The position numbers and the translations under genes are program-made. Positions 63,426 through 64,000 of a stretch of 64,000 nucleotides of DNA are shown here, piece after piece. This DNA comes from Botryllus schlosseri (lineage: Eukaryota): contig CM119379.1 in assembly GCA_051294905.1 (NCBI GenBank), forward strand, positions 9,238,001 through 9,302,000. Direction: 5' to 3'. The notes beneath the pieces were generated by a model. It was not told where the DNA came from. It ran no database searches and saw only the letters and a list, made by a program, of their open reading frames with translations. Positions within the stretch are counted from its first letter, which is position 1; each line of letters starts with the position of its first letter.

Positions 63426-64000
63426 CAGTAAATTCGGCCCTCGGTAAATTCGGCCAGTGAATTCGGCCCATGACCTCGGTAAATTCGGCCCTCCGAGAAT
63501 ATTGTATTAAAATGTATTTCCAACCGTTAACATGAATTAATTACATATTTATACTATTATTAAGTTATTTGGATGTCAGGGTATGCGTAGATCGCGTATT
63601 CGTGTGAGATAGCGCGGATATTCACGGGGCCGAATTTACTGATGGCCGAATTTACTCGGTAAATTCGTCCCCCGGAGAATTTTGTATAAAAATGTATTAC
63701 CAACTATTAATGTGAATGAATTACATAATTATATTATTATCGAGTAATTTGAAGGTCAGGGTATGCGTATATCACACAGTCACGGGAGATAACGCGGATA
63801 TTTACGGGGCCGAATTTACTGAGGAACGAATTCAATCGGTAAATTCGGCCCTCGGAGAATTTTGTGTAAAATTGTATTAACAACTATTTATGTGAATTAT
63901 ATTACATAATTATATTATTATCAAGTGATTAGGAGCTTAGGGTTAGGGTTAGGGTTATGATTAGGGTTAGGTTAGGGTTAGGGTAAGGATTATGGTTAGC
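63426..64000. repeat. Tandem array of 180-bp hairpin-ended units, with a (TTAGGG)n tract in the third unit
   Basis: Units start at 63477, 63657 and 63837 (CGGTAAATTCGKCCC). The first two close with GGGCCGAATTTAC. Degenerate TTAGGG repeats from 63937 to the window end. Confidence 0.85.

Noticed and set aside
63937-64000. True telomere
   Set aside because: The repeats are short and degenerate and occupy a defined position within a 180-bp repeat unit. Cannot be fully excluded without downstream sequence.

Overview
AT-rich eukaryotic (invertebrate, probably ascidian/tunicate; species inferred, not shown) genomic window. Four protein-coding genes were reconstructed by hand with GT-AG introns and phase-consistent exons: OSGEPL1 (minus strand, 9 exons seen, 3' end runs off the window), FAHD2 (plus strand, 8 exons, 308 aa), RB1CC1/FIP200 (minus strand, 24 exons, about 1465 aa) and an intronless UQCC1 (minus strand) about 1 kb upstream of RB1CC1. 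Introns and intergenic DNA are full of mobile DNA. There are at least a dozen hAT-type non-autonomous insertions with 8-bp target-site duplications, including a 30-bp fully palindromic micro-element, plus foldback MITEs, a TA-flanked pogo-like element with two nested levels of insertion, a tRNA-derived SINE and decayed transposase/LINE fragments. Eight Penelope-like terminal repeats carry minimal hammerhead ribozyme motifs. The window ends in a 180-bp tandem MITE-like array with a (TTAGGG)n tract. No CRISPR array, rRNA or canonical tRNA gene was found.
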